Virus record (IMG/VR): IMGVR_UViG_3300045988_160639
Direction: 5' to 3' (one strand)
DNA: 64,000 nt
DNA from: a virus
Below the pieces are notes generated by a model. It saw only the letters and a list, made by a program, of their open reading frames with translations, was not told the origin of the DNA and ran no database searches. Below, piece by piece: positions 27,326-36,379 of this stretch. Each line of letters begins with the position of its first letter. The first letter of the stretch is position 1. The position numbers and the translations under genes are program-made.

Positions 27326-29467
27326 ATCCAAAACTGCATTTAATTTCTCAATACTACCACCCAGATCATAGGCAGCATCGGTCGCTATAAGATAGTCGTT
27401 TGCAGCATCAGTTGTTAAATCACCAGCTGCTTGTGCAAGTATAGAAAGTTCAGACATTTCAGGAGCATTTTGGAAACCAGCTCTATACATTTCCTGCACA
27501 CCAGTTAAATAGTCACTTGCTTTTTTACCATACTTGCTTGCTGATTCAAATGATGTTTTGCCAAGTTTAGCGAGAGCCTCAGTTGTTAAATCAGAAGTCT
27601 TAGAAATCTCAGTTAAAATAGTATCTATTTCTTTTAGTTCTGTAATGGCATTTCTTATATCCATTACGAAAGTAGATACTAAGGAAGTTAAACTCATCCA
27701 AGATGAAAATTTCTTTAAGTTAGCCCAAAGCTTATCAAAAATAGTTCCACCTTCAAGACCTAAAGATTTAGCTTCTGCTTTAATGTTTCTAAAATTTGCG
27801 GCAATTTTTTGGAAATCATCATTATTAGCACAATGTGAAAGCTGTAAAAGCATATTCTCAATCTCTTGAGAAAAAGTTTTTCCATTTGATGTAAGCTGAT
27901 TGCTTTGTATTGCTTTTGAATTGGAGTCTTTATATGTATTGATTTCAGCAGTAAGTTTCTTTATACGTTGCGTAAGCAGTTCTGCCTGTTGTGCTTGTCT
28001 CTGCATTGAATTATCAGTTATCATTTGTTGATTTAATGCAGAAAATTTAGCTCTTGCAATGTCAAATTGATTAAGAAATTTGGTGAGACCTTCGGTATCA
28101 TTAATTCCAATATTTTGAATTGCTGCATTTAACTCATCAAGATCAGCTTTCATTTCTGATATAGGAACTTTACTGCCTTGAATTTTAGCTCCAAATTGAG
28201 CAAGTTTTTGAATATTTTCAGTTTTAATAGTCGAGACATCACGAGTTCTCAATTCTTCTGCTGCATTTTCAGCATTTCTGAAAGCACGCTCCAAATTCTG
28301 CAAAGTAGAGATTTCCTTTTCAGCATTTGCTTTCATTACGGCAAAAGTGGTACTATCGGCATTTTTAACTGTATCAATAGCTTGTTCTACTTTAATATAT
28401 TGTTCTGCTAATTTTTCTTTATTGCTTTCATTTTTTATAGGTTTCGAAGCATTTAAATCCTCTATACGGCTTTTTATTTTAGCATAAGTAGATTCAAGCT
28501 TAATTGCAGAAGCATTGGCTCTTTCTTGTGCTATAACCACTTTATTGATATTTTCAGAATAACGAATAACCTGTTCGTTATCTTCTGAATCATAAACTAT
28601 AGTTTTGCTTCTCCCAGTTGCTCTATCAGAATAAGTTTCAGTCTTTGCAAGTTGATTGTCAGAAGCATCAGTTATAACTGATTTTTTGGCTAATGCAAGG
28701 TCTTCATAGGCATCCGTTTGGATTTTTATAGCCTGCGTTTCCTTATCAATTATTTCTGTGGTAGCTTTAGTAACAGTTTGTGTTTCTTTAGCTGACCATG
28801 TAGCAGTCTGTTCAAGATTTTTATATTCAGTTGCAGCCTTATAAATCGAAGTAATGACATTATTTTCAAAATTCGCTCCATCAGTAATGTTTCCCATTCC
28901 CTTTGAAAGGAATGTACTTCTAATAGATTCTATAAGATTGCCGTAACTTTGAATAATAGCTGTCGTATCTTCTGGTTTTAGCCTTAAATTATTTATTAAA
29001 CTTGTAGCATCATCTGAAATTTCCTTACTTGATACTCCAAAAATATTTTTTAAATTGTCTTTGAACGTTTTTAAATCAATGTTATTTAACTGCTGTAATT
29101 TCCCAACAACCGCTTTGATAAGAGCATCAGTGTCCTCAATAATTTTGCCATCAACTGTAGGCTTAATAGTTAATCCATTATTAGTACCAATAACTTTATT
29201 CTGAACATTAGAAAGTGCTGTATTTAAACTACTTGTATCAATCTGACCAATATTCAGTTTTAAATTCTTACTAATAGTAGCTATCTGAGATTGTATAAGG
29301 GACTGTGTTTTATTTAAGTCAAGTCCACCGACAATCTTCACTCTTGCAGAATTATCATTGGCTAATTTAGCGTTAAGCTTTGCAATGTCTTCCTCTTTTA
29401 TTTTTTTATAAGTCCCGTCAATATCCAAACTTGCCGTTAAAAGCAGACCGTCAGTATCTTTAGCCAT
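27323..29467 (-). CDS. Tape-measure protein, N-terminal segment (exon 1)
   Basis: 714 aa. Long coiled coil, then the start of the TP901-type core ('LAKLGKTSFESASKYGKKASDYLTGVQEMYRAGF...AANDYLIATDAAYDLGGSIEKLNAVLD'). AAGGATGTGA Shine-Dalgarno. The stop codon is probably the first intron triplet. Confidence 0.8.
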   Translation of the reverse strand: MAKDTDGLLLTASLDIDGTYKKIKEEDIAKLNAKLANDNSARVKIVGGLDLNKTQSLIQSQIATISKNLKLNIGQIDTSSLNTALSNVQNKVIGTNNGLTIKPTVDGKIIEDTDALIKAVVGKLQQLNNIDLKTFKDNLKNIFGVSSKEISDDATSLINNLRLKPEDTTAIIQSYGNLIESIRSTFLSKGMGNITDGANFENNVITSIYKAATEYKNLEQTATWSAKETQTVTKATTEIIDKETQAIKIQTDAYEDLALAKKSVITDASDNQLAKTETYSDRATGRSKTIVYDSEDNEQVIRYSENINKVVIAQERANASAIKLESTYAKIKSRIEDLNASKPIKNESNKEKLAEQYIKVEQAIDTVKNADSTTFAVMKANAEKEISTLQNLERAFRNAENAAEELRTRDVSTIKTENIQKLAQFGAKIQGSKVPISEMKADLDELNAAIQNIGINDTEGLTKFLNQFDIARAKFSALNQQMITDNSMQRQAQQAELLTQRIKKLTAEINTYKDSNSKAIQSNQLTSNGKTFSQEIENMLLQLSHCANNDDFQKIAANFRNIKAEAKSLGLEGGTIFDKLWANLKKFSSWMSLTSLVSTFVMDIRNAITELKEIDTILTEISKTSDLTTEALAKLGKTSFESASKYGKKASDYLTGVQEMYRAGFQNAPEMSELSILAQAAGDLTTDAANDYLIATDAAYDLGGSIEKLNAVLD

Positions 29468-29492
29468 TAAATCACATCCTTTATACTATTTT

Positions 29493-30023
29493 TTATACTT
29501 TATATCCATTAGGTTTATGCACCTTTATCTTTATTCCATAAAGATTACTCATTTCAAAATCTGCTATACCATCTTCTATAAAATGCCCAGCTGGACGATA
29601 GCCAAAATAGGGGATATCTTTAAACCATACGTCCTCTTTTACCTCATAACCATAGTTAAGCAGATAAGCTGTGTTTACGGTTTCACCATTGCCGTCCCAA
29701 CCTTGGATACCATCACCAGACTGATGATATCCACTGTCATCGAAATAAATATCAAGACTCATGGTTTTACCGGTTACTTTAAGTTTTAAAATGTCATCGA
29801 CTTTTAATGAGTTCTGTAATGCCCCTGTACGTTTGTATGTTGGATTTGTATTGCTATACCTATATGGGTATGTTCTTAAATAATCATCAAGCCTTGCTTG
29901 AATACAGTCTCTAAGTCGATTAGTTTCTTCAACCATAACCTGACTATAAGTCTTACCATTTTTAAATTTAAGCTTAGTTACATCAATTCTCTTTAACTGT
30001 GATTTCAAATCCACATTAATCAC
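29493..30023 (-). CDS. HK97 gp10-like head-tail/tail-completion protein
   Basis: 176 aa. The 'YKRTGALQNSL' motif resembles the tG.Lr.S motif of the HK97 gp10 family. Confidence 0.45.
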   Translation of the reverse strand: MINVDLKSQLKRIDVTKLKFKNGKTYSQVMVEETNRLRDCIQARLDDYLRTYPYRYSNTNPTYKRTGALQNSLKVDDILKLKVTGKTMSLDIYFDDSGYHQSGDGIQGWDGNGETVNTAYLLNYGYEVKEDVWFKDIPYFGYRPAGHFIEDGIADFEMSNLYGIKIKVHKPNGYKV

Positions 30024-30282
30024 CCATCAGCAGTTCAATTACCTTATCCATATCATTCTCAGCACACTCCTGAGAAACAGAGCTATCAATACAAACGTCA
30101 AATCTATCGCCATTCATAATGTTAATACTGATAATGCCAAGAATTGACTTGGCATTTATCTCACGATTTCCCATTATAAAATATACATTTGATTTGATAT
30201 GCGTAATCTTTACAACAAAATTCTTAGCAAAACGTGGAGCAATATCCTTATTCGCTGTAATAGTTCTCTTTGTCGTAAACAT
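30016..30282 (-). CDS. HPr-fold protein, Crh-like (no His15, Ser46 retained)
   Basis: Aligns along its whole length with Bacillus HPr/Crh. 'DIAPRFAKNFV' corresponds to 'GIHARPATVLV' (His15 replaced by Ala). 'REINAKSILGIISINIMNGDRFDV' corresponds to 'KKVNAKSIMGLMSLAVSTGTEVTL'. The start is set at the ATG at 30282, after AAGGGTGA. Confidence 0.7.
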   Translation of the reverse strand: MFTTKRTITANKDIAPRFAKNFVVKITHIKSNVYFIMGNREINAKSILGIISINIMNGDRFDVCIDSSVSQECAENDMDKVIELLMGD

Positions 30283-30283
30283 A

Positions 30284-30871
30284 TTACTCATCACCCTTAC
30301 TTACAGAAATATTCCTTACAATTTCCTCATTCTCAGCTACCTCGGTAACAGTCTTAGGCTTCTTAGTAGCCTTCTTCTTACCTTTAATAACACCATTATC
30401 CACCATAGCCTTAATAAGACTGTCTGCTGTTACATTGTTTTTAAGTTTGCTCATAGCCTGTGCGATCGTCTTAACATCATCTGAATTTGTTTCACTATAA
30501 GCATTACCGAGAGCATTTACAAAATTAGAAAGCTTAGTAGCAAGATTTGCAATAGCATCATTAGCATCTGCCATAACCATACTTGCTGAAAGAAGCTTAA
30601 TTCTACGGTCAAGTTCCTCATTGATTGCATTTTCAATCATTTTAAGCTGACCTTTATTTATTGCATAATCACTATAAAGTTTTTCGTATTCATTATCATA
30701 AATCTCTGCAATGTCATCAGACTCAAATTCTATCTTACCATAAAACTTTGCTGTACAATACTGAATGAGAACTTCCTTATATCCCATATCATAAATAAGA
30801 GTATTATCTACTACATAATTAATAAACGCCTGCATCTCTGCAAATGTAAGTGTAATCATATCTGTTGCCAT
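30284..30871 (-). CDS. Tail assembly chaperone-like protein (by position and charge pattern)
   Basis: 195 aa with an acidic N-terminal two-thirds and a Lys-rich tail 'KGKKKATKKPK'. Positional call. Confidence 0.35.
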   Translation of the reverse strand: MATDMITLTFAEMQAFINYVVDNTLIYDMGYKEVLIQYCTAKFYGKIEFESDDIAEIYDNEYEKLYSDYAINKGQLKMIENAINEELDRRIKLLSASMVMADANDAIANLATKLSNFVNALGNAYSETNSDDVKTIAQAMSKLKNNVTADSLIKAMVDNGVIKGKKKATKKPKTVTEVAENEEIVRNISVSKGDE

Positions 30872-30885
30872 AAAAATTCTCCTTG

Positions 30886-31356
30886 TTACTTGTTTTTTAA
30901 TTTCTTTTCTGCCTTGCGTTTCTTTTCAAGCTCATCGTATATAATCCAATTATCACCATTGCCGTTTCCATGCTTTATACTACGACAATACCAATAAAAA
31001 GGAACGCTATTATATCGATATTCAAACAGCTTTTTCTTTAATTTTGCTATCGTGTCGGGTTGTCCTTTAACATCAACGACAATTTGCCTACCGTCAGCAA
31101 AATCAATAACATAATCTGCTATATATTTTATAGGCAATATTTTTTTACCCTCAAAATTCACAAATCCTTCTTGTAAAATATATGGAATTTGCATTTCATA
31201 CGAGACGATTTCGCCTGTATTAATCTTAGGCTCAATCCATTCAATAAGGAATTTCATTTCCGTCTCACTGTCAAAAACAATACCTTTATAAGTACGTTTT
31301 GCTTTACCTTTATCGGATAAATCAACATTATATTTAGATTTTTTCTTTTTTACCAT
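30886..31356 (-). CDS. DUF1064-family (RecU/restriction-endonuclease-like fold) nuclease
   Basis: 'YKGIVFDSETEMKF...GEIVSYEMQ...IKYIADYVIDFADGRQIVVDVKG..T..KLKKKLFEYRY' matches the DUF1064 pattern (FDSkkE..Y..L...G.I..l..Q...Y.aDF.....G...v.DvKG). The start was moved to the ATG at 31356. Confidence 0.65.
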   Translation of the reverse strand: MVKKKKSKYNVDLSDKGKAKRTYKGIVFDSETEMKFLIEWIEPKINTGEIVSYEMQIPYILQEGFVNFEGKKILPIKYIADYVIDFADGRQIVVDVKGQPDTIAKLKKKLFEYRYNSVPFYWYCRSIKHGNGNGDNWIIYDELEKKRKAEKKLKNK

Positions 31357-31442
31357 TAGCCACCACGTTTCCCATATAACGTAAAAAATAGGGAAGACAA
31401 CCACGTTCAACGGTTGTCGATAAATGGTTGTCCTCCCTGTAT

Positions 31443-31799
31443 TTACTTGTTTCTCTTTTTGCTCTTGTTTGTGAATTTAGGAATAAACTCAGTATTATAT
31501 GTCTGTGCATCACATTCAGATGTTGCCTCATCTTCTGTGAGGATTTCTTCAACAATGCCTTTTACATTGTCACAAAAATCAATATTCCCATAGGTATCAA
31601 TAGCATTCTGTAATTCTGACTTTGCAGTTTCCTTATTTATAACACCATTATGATATTCAATAATAGGCATATGAAAAGAAAAATGTTCAGGGCAACAGAC
31701 TACTCTGCGCCACTGAAGCATTTCGGGAATATTCTTCTGACAAGTATTGCAAGCTTTAAATTCTTTTCCACAAACAAGACAGTGCTTAATTACTTCCAT
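31443..31799 (-). CDS. Cys/His zinc-finger protein
   Basis: 118 aa. 'HCLVCGKEFKACNTCQK...RRVVCCPEHF'. Confidence 0.45.
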   Translation of the reverse strand: MEVIKHCLVCGKEFKACNTCQKNIPEMLQWRRVVCCPEHFSFHMPIIEYHNGVINKETAKSELQNAIDTYGNIDFCDNVKGIVEEILTEDEATSECDAQTYNTEFIPKFTNKSKKRNK

Positions 31800-31820
31800 A
31801 GGATTTTACCTACTTTATAA

Positions 31821-32621
31821 TTATGCCTTCTTGTAAACCTTGTAGTCCCAGAACTTGGAATCGCCATTGCCACACTTGTCAACAAGGCTCTTGAACTGGA
31901 ATGGGTGTTCTACACCATTGCCGCTAAGGTCGAAGTCAAAGTTAGCGTTCCAGTCGCAACGATAAATTTCAATCTGTACAAAGTAAACTTCATCGCAAGT
32001 ATTCTTGCCAAGACAGTTGATAAATGTATGAGTTGTCTTACCGTATGTATCAGAAGAGTTACCTACAGAAGCACCTTCCTTTTCATAATCATAAACTACT
32101 TCAATTGTACCTGCATCGGTTACATCAGTAGGAAGAGAAAGTTTCTTTGCTTCAGCAGCATAAGAGAAATGTGTGCCATCAGCAGCAGAAGCCTGTTCAT
32201 ACTTAGTTGTTGTATTATTAACTGTAATAAGAACACTAAGAATTTCAGAACCAGCAGTACCAACAGCAGTTTCAACTGTAGTTACTTCACCAGCATTTGC
32301 TTCAAAAGAAATTACTTCTCTCTTTCTGAACTTAATCTTGCCCTCTACAGCATCAGAACCCGTCTGAAGTGACATAAGCGAACCAGAAATATAACCCGAA
32401 GAACCAGAACCTTCAACAGCCTTACCCTTCTTGATTGTAAAGAGTGTAGCATCATTCTTACCAGTTACATCAGAACTGTTTTCTGTATTGGAAAGCTTTA
32501 CATTCTTGATCTCATCGAGAATATTAATACAAGTATCGTCTGTACGAGAATAGTTTTCAATTGTCTCTACAGATGTAATAGTCCAGTCTTCAAGCATAGT
32601 AATAATATTAGCCATAATCAT
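31821..32621 (-). CDS. Major tail protein candidate
   Basis: 266-aa Thr/Ser/Gly-rich beta-type protein in the tail module. The call rests on position and composition. Confidence 0.5.
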   Translation of the reverse strand: MIMANIITMLEDWTITSVETIENYSRTDDTCINILDEIKNVKLSNTENSSDVTGKNDATLFTIKKGKAVEGSGSSGYISGSLMSLQTGSDAVEGKIKFRKREVISFEANAGEVTTVETAVGTAGSEILSVLITVNNTTTKYEQASAADGTHFSYAAEAKKLSLPTDVTDAGTIEVVYDYEKEGASVGNSSDTYGKTTHTFINCLGKNTCDEVYFVQIEIYRCDWNANFDFDLSGNGVEHPFQFKSLVDKCGNGDSKFWDYKVYKKA

Positions 32622-32635
32622 CGTATCCTTTCTTT

Positions 32636-33421
32636 TTATAAAATTATTCTTTTTAACTTAGAGTCTGAAATCTTAGACAAATCAACGTTACCATACCAGT
32701 AACCCGTCATAAGACCATCAATCTCTTGGTTTTTATTTATCTGCTTAAATGAAGCATATAAATCATAAATACTCAATTCTTTTACTGTTTCAAAATTATA
32801 TTTAAAGGCATTATTATTGACTAAAAATAAAATAACTCCATCTAAAGCGGAAGATGAGGTTGTTTCTCTTTTATTATTTAATCTTTCTAAACGCCTTTTT
32901 CGTTTTAATCTTGCACGTTCAAGAATATATTTGCGAGTATCTATTTCTGGAACTTTTGCATATTCTCGATTTTTTGTTGTCAATAAAACAGCACAAAGCA
33001 AATCGGATATATAATTATATATTTGTTTATTAAATATAACATCTCCATTTGAATTTACAAAAACAAAATTATTTTCTGCGTCATCTGCTTTTAAGACAAT
33101 ATCTTTATAATCTAAATTGAGAAATAATGAGTTCCATTTGACGGGAAAATCGGGATTATTTATGTCAGACAAAAATGAACTCATTAGAATAATAAATAAA
33201 CTATACTCATCAACTTCAGTCCAATCTAATCCCATGTCGTCAAGTTCAATCATCATATCTGTAGGTGTTTGAGTAAATAATGATACCATACTTAAATAAT
33301 ATTTTTCGTATCTTTCATACTTGCTATCATTATCCCATATATCTCCTACTTTTGGAATGTTGATTGTTATATTATCATTTACTTCATAAGTGAATTTGTG
33401 TAATAAGCTGAAATTATTCAT
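32636..33421 (-). CDS. Hypothetical head-tail joining region protein
   Basis: 261-aa ORF, overlapping its neighbour by 8 nt. Confidence 0.4.
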   Translation of the reverse strand: MNNFSLLHKFTYEVNDNITINIPKVGDIWDNDSKYERYEKYYLSMVSLFTQTPTDMMIELDDMGLDWTEVDEYSLFIILMSSFLSDINNPDFPVKWNSLFLNLDYKDIVLKADDAENNFVFVNSNGDVIFNKQIYNYISDLLCAVLLTTKNREYAKVPEIDTRKYILERARLKRKRRLERLNNKRETTSSSALDGVILFLVNNNAFKYNFETVKELSIYDLYASFKQINKNQEIDGLMTGYWYGNVDLSKISDSKLKRIIL

Positions 33422-33911
33422 TTTTTAATCGTACCTTGTCAGACCAATCCGTTACCCTAAAGGTTAATAAGCGACCAGTATATTTATTTGAGATATTATA
33501 TTGAATACGATTGGATACAAAATGAATATTTGCAAGACCAAGTAAATCCTTCTCTGAAAACATATTCTTTATTTCTCTGACCAAAATATCATTACAAAGT
33601 CTACCTTTGTAAATAGGAGACTTTCTATGTGTAAATACCCAAAAATAAATAGGCAATTCAATATAAGTTTTGTCTTGTCGAGAAATGATATTTTCATCTA
33701 CGTCATAAAGAATATATGAGCCTGTGTCAGTGATAGTATCGGGAACATACTGTTGAGGGATTATCCTATCCCAAAGCAAGCTATCAGCATCTTCGATACC
33801 AAGAGTATCTTTGCTCAAAAGTGAAATTATCGTTTCATTTGATAACAGCGTGTTTGTTATGACATTACGATAATCTTCAATTAGGTTATCATATTTACCC
33901 ATATCAAACAC
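33414..33911 (-). CDS. Hypothetical head-tail joining region protein
   Basis: 165-aa ORF with overlapping starts and stops on both sides. Confidence 0.4.
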   Translation of the reverse strand: MFDMGKYDNLIEDYRNVITNTLLSNETIISLLSKDTLGIEDADSLLWDRIIPQQYVPDTITDTGSYILYDVDENIISRQDKTYIELPIYFWVFTHRKSPIYKGRLCNDILVREIKNMFSEKDLLGLANIHFVSNRIQYNISNKYTGRLLTFRVTDWSDKVRLKNE

Positions 33912-34920
33912 CTCCCGTTATAGTGATCTCAACCATTCCGATATTTTTATTTTTATCTGTGCAAGATAATGTAAATGTCTGATTTACAATATCCTCGTTG
34001 AAGACACATTTAATCTTACAAACATTACCGTTCAAAATAAGTGATATATTCCCATTAAAATCATTATCAACAGACCAAGTAACAGTTTCAGCAGTATTAG
34101 CAGTAAATGTTTTAGCAGACCCACCCACACGAATTATAGGATTACCTGTATATGTAATTTTAATGGACTGACTTGCTTTAGGCTTAAAATAATCACAAAG
34201 CCAATTTTCGATTGAATCAGTATCAGGATCATAAACATCTTCTGTAAATACAAGACAAATCACACGATTTTCACCATAGGATTCACTAACAGTATCTATT
34301 CTTGTAATTCTATACGGTAATGGATTTATGTCATTATAATCAATAAACATTCGTTTTGTACGATTAAGATATACTGTATTATCATCTAATGATGTATAAA
34401 CCAAAAGCTGATTATATCCAAGTGTAAGAATTTTATCTCCTTCTTCACCTGTATTATACTGAGAAGCATTTTCAACATGAAACGGCTGATAAATTATATT
34501 ACCATCGCCATCTTGCCATTTGGCTATGTAATTGCATAAATACAAAACAACTTTTTCATACACTTTGTTATTTGATGGCATAGTCATAATAAGCCAAATA
34601 TTCCATCGTTTATAATCTTCATCATATATCTTTACATATTTATAATCAGATATTGTTTTTAATCTCGTTAATAATTGACGTTGCCAACCTTTAGTTTGTG
34701 TTTCAGGAGACACTCCTTGCAGAATACCTTCTGTTTCGTATTCAAATTCAAATGATTTATCATCATTGTTAAATTTACCTTTGCAAAGAAAAATTTCACT
34801 CGATAGTGGTGTATCTGTTAAAAAATCATCTATACCTAAATCAGCGTTAAATCGGAAATCATTAGTTTCTGCACCTTCTGTGTAATGTGGTGAACTTATC
34901 AAATACCATTCTGCACTCAT
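33904..34920 (-). CDS. Structural protein with C-terminal Ig-like (Big_2-like) domain
   Basis: 338 aa. The C-terminal 'SIKITYTGNPIIRVGGSAKTFTANTAETVTWSV...FTLSCTDKNKNIGMVEITITGG' resembles bacterial Ig-like domains. Confidence 0.45.
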   Translation of the reverse strand: MSAEWYLISSPHYTEGAETNDFRFNADLGIDDFLTDTPLSSEIFLCKGKFNNDDKSFEFEYETEGILQGVSPETQTKGWQRQLLTRLKTISDYKYVKIYDEDYKRWNIWLIMTMPSNNKVYEKVVLYLCNYIAKWQDGDGNIIYQPFHVENASQYNTGEEGDKILTLGYNQLLVYTSLDDNTVYLNRTKRMFIDYNDINPLPYRITRIDTVSESYGENRVICLVFTEDVYDPDTDSIENWLCDYFKPKASQSIKITYTGNPIIRVGGSAKTFTANTAETVTWSVDNDFNGNISLILNGNVCKIKCVFNEDIVNQTFTLSCTDKNKNIGMVEITITGGV

Positions 34921-34929
34921 AAACTCACC

Positions 34930-35355
34930 TCAATTATAAGCAGTGGGCAACAGCTTATCATAAAATTCTGCTATCTTTGTATCAACGTAATCCAATTCTT
35001 CTTTTGCGTGTGCTTTATCAGCACTGGTATTATTAAGCGTTAAATCTTTTCCAATTATATTAGTACGCTTTATTATCCTATCATACTGACGTTCACAATA
35101 ATAACGCTTTATTGTGTAACCAAGTATTTGTATGTATAAATAAGGAAGTGGAATAAGATTTTCATTTTTATCATAATACAAAAATGAATCCGTGCCTTTA
35201 TCAAATACAAGAGGTTCTATTTCCCTTGAAAATTCCTCCACTGCCATACTAAACCATTGAAATACAAGGTCTGAATTAAGTTGAAATTTTTCTTGAAATG
35301 TGGCTTCAAAAACATTAACCACATCTATATATGTAGTGCTTGCTATTCTCACCAC
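34930..35355 (-). CDS. Head-tail connector candidate
   Basis: 141-aa ORF two genes after the capsid gene. Positional call. Confidence 0.35.
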   Translation of the reverse strand: MVRIASTTYIDVVNVFEATFQEKFQLNSDLVFQWFSMAVEEFSREIEPLVFDKGTDSFLYYDKNENLIPLPYLYIQILGYTIKRYYCERQYDRIIKRTNIIGKDLTLNNTSADKAHAKEELDYVDTKIAEFYDKLLPTAYN

Positions 35356-35365
35356 ATCCTTTCTT

Positions 35366-35902
35366 TTATACTGTCATTCCACAAAGAGCTTCACATTCTC
35401 TTATTTTATTGAAATCATTAAATCCACACTCTCTAATGAGTTTAATAAGAAGAACCTTTTCTGCCTGAGTAGTAAATGTTTTATATATTTCATTTCTAAA
35501 ATCATCAAGACCATTAATTGCAAAAATCTTCTTTACCTTATTCTTATCAATAAGTTCAGATGTGATGTCAAGATAATCTCTTGTTGCCTTATCGTCTATA
35601 TAAATAGTAGCGTGAGTACCATCACCATCACCACGCAGAAGCTTATTGCTGTTTTCATACTGAGAAATTACCTCTGCACGAGATACACGGACAGAACCGC
35701 CAGCATTAATATTTACTTCACCATTAGACTCAATCTTATTAAAGCCCACCATCCAATTAGCAAGATTTTTAAGTGTTATCTTTTCTTCCATACTAAGGGG
35801 CTTTGTTTCTGTAACTTCAACAGGGATTTCATTAGGAATTGTATTTTCAACAGTCTTTGCATTATTAGACGTTTTTGCCATATCTACAATATATCCTTTC
35901 AT
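35366..35902 (-). CDS. Hypothetical head-module protein
   Basis: 178-aa ORF downstream of the capsid gene. Confidence 0.4.
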   Translation of the reverse strand: MKGYIVDMAKTSNNAKTVENTIPNEIPVEVTETKPLSMEEKITLKNLANWMVGFNKIESNGEVNINAGGSVRVSRAEVISQYENSNKLLRGDGDGTHATIYIDDKATRDYLDITSELIDKNKVKKIFAINGLDDFRNEIYKTFTTQAEKVLLIKLIRECGFNDFNKIRECEALCGMTV

Positions 35903-35911
35903 ATATACTAA

Positions 35912-35939
35912 TTAAGGGCTGTTGATTGACAGCCCTTAA
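35912..35939 (-). terminator. Stem-loop after the capsid gene (possible terminator/attenuator)
   Basis: 11-bp perfect stem TTAAGGGCTGT / ACAGCCCTTAA with a 6-nt loop. The U-tract is weak. Confidence 0.45.
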
Positions 35940-35963
35940 CAGCATTAAATTTTATAATTTATA

Positions 35964-36025
35964 TTAAAGGTTTGTATCAGAAAGCATACCAATCTGGAAC
36001 TCTCTGCCCTTTGTAACATCAGTTG
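35964..36025 (-). CDS. Major capsid protein, exon 2 (last ~20 codons)
   Basis: On the minus strand GCA ACT GAT GTT ACA AAG GGC AGA GAG TTC CAG ATT GGT ATG CTT TCT GAT ACA AAC CTT TAA encodes ATDVTKGREFQIGMLSDTNL*. There is no start or Shine-Dalgarno of its own, and it lies directly 3' of the intron. Confidence 0.55.
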
Positions 36026-36379
36026 CACTATATTTTTATTCAACGAGGGACGCTAATCCTCGCCAGTTTTAAACTTCTTTATATTTCTATAAAGGATAGA
36101 CTATATCTTTACCCATTAAGGGCAAGCACCACTTCCATACGCTTGTATGTACTTCCTTACGGAATAGTCGTTGAACTTTACCTTTCGGTCTTAGCTGCTG
36201 ATTATCCATTGTTAAAGTGTTTAGGTTTTAACCTTGCACTATCTATTCAATTTTTTCTACTTTCGTAACATTCACGCTTATACCCTTTAAGGTATTACGT
36301 TGTAGTTTGAATAGTTTTAAGAGTTCCCAGCAATTCAATGCTTATTTTTACGCACATTTTTCAATATACGGAGTCTGCA
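36026..36379 (-). ncRNA. Group I intron in the major capsid protein gene
   Basis: On the minus strand the S element AAGATATAGTC (36099-36109) is identical to the classical group I S consensus. R is GTTCAACGACTAT (36164-36176), with P7 GACTAT/ATAGTC. A/T-rich P9 hairpins are present and a G at 36026 precedes exon 2. Boundaries are accurate to within a few nt. Confidence 0.7.

Noticed and set aside
30270-30310. Programmed G/GT-type frameshift joining the chaperone-like gene to the HPr-like ORF
   Set aside because: The HPr-like frame is closed by a TAA only 3 codons upstream of its first ATG. No slippery heptamer is present, and the ORF has its own Shine-Dalgarno (AAGGGTGA).
35300-35911. 203-aa plus-strand ORF
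   Set aside because: It is antisense to 35366-35902 and overlaps 34930-35355. The translation is A/T-driven and Ile/Phe/Cys-rich.
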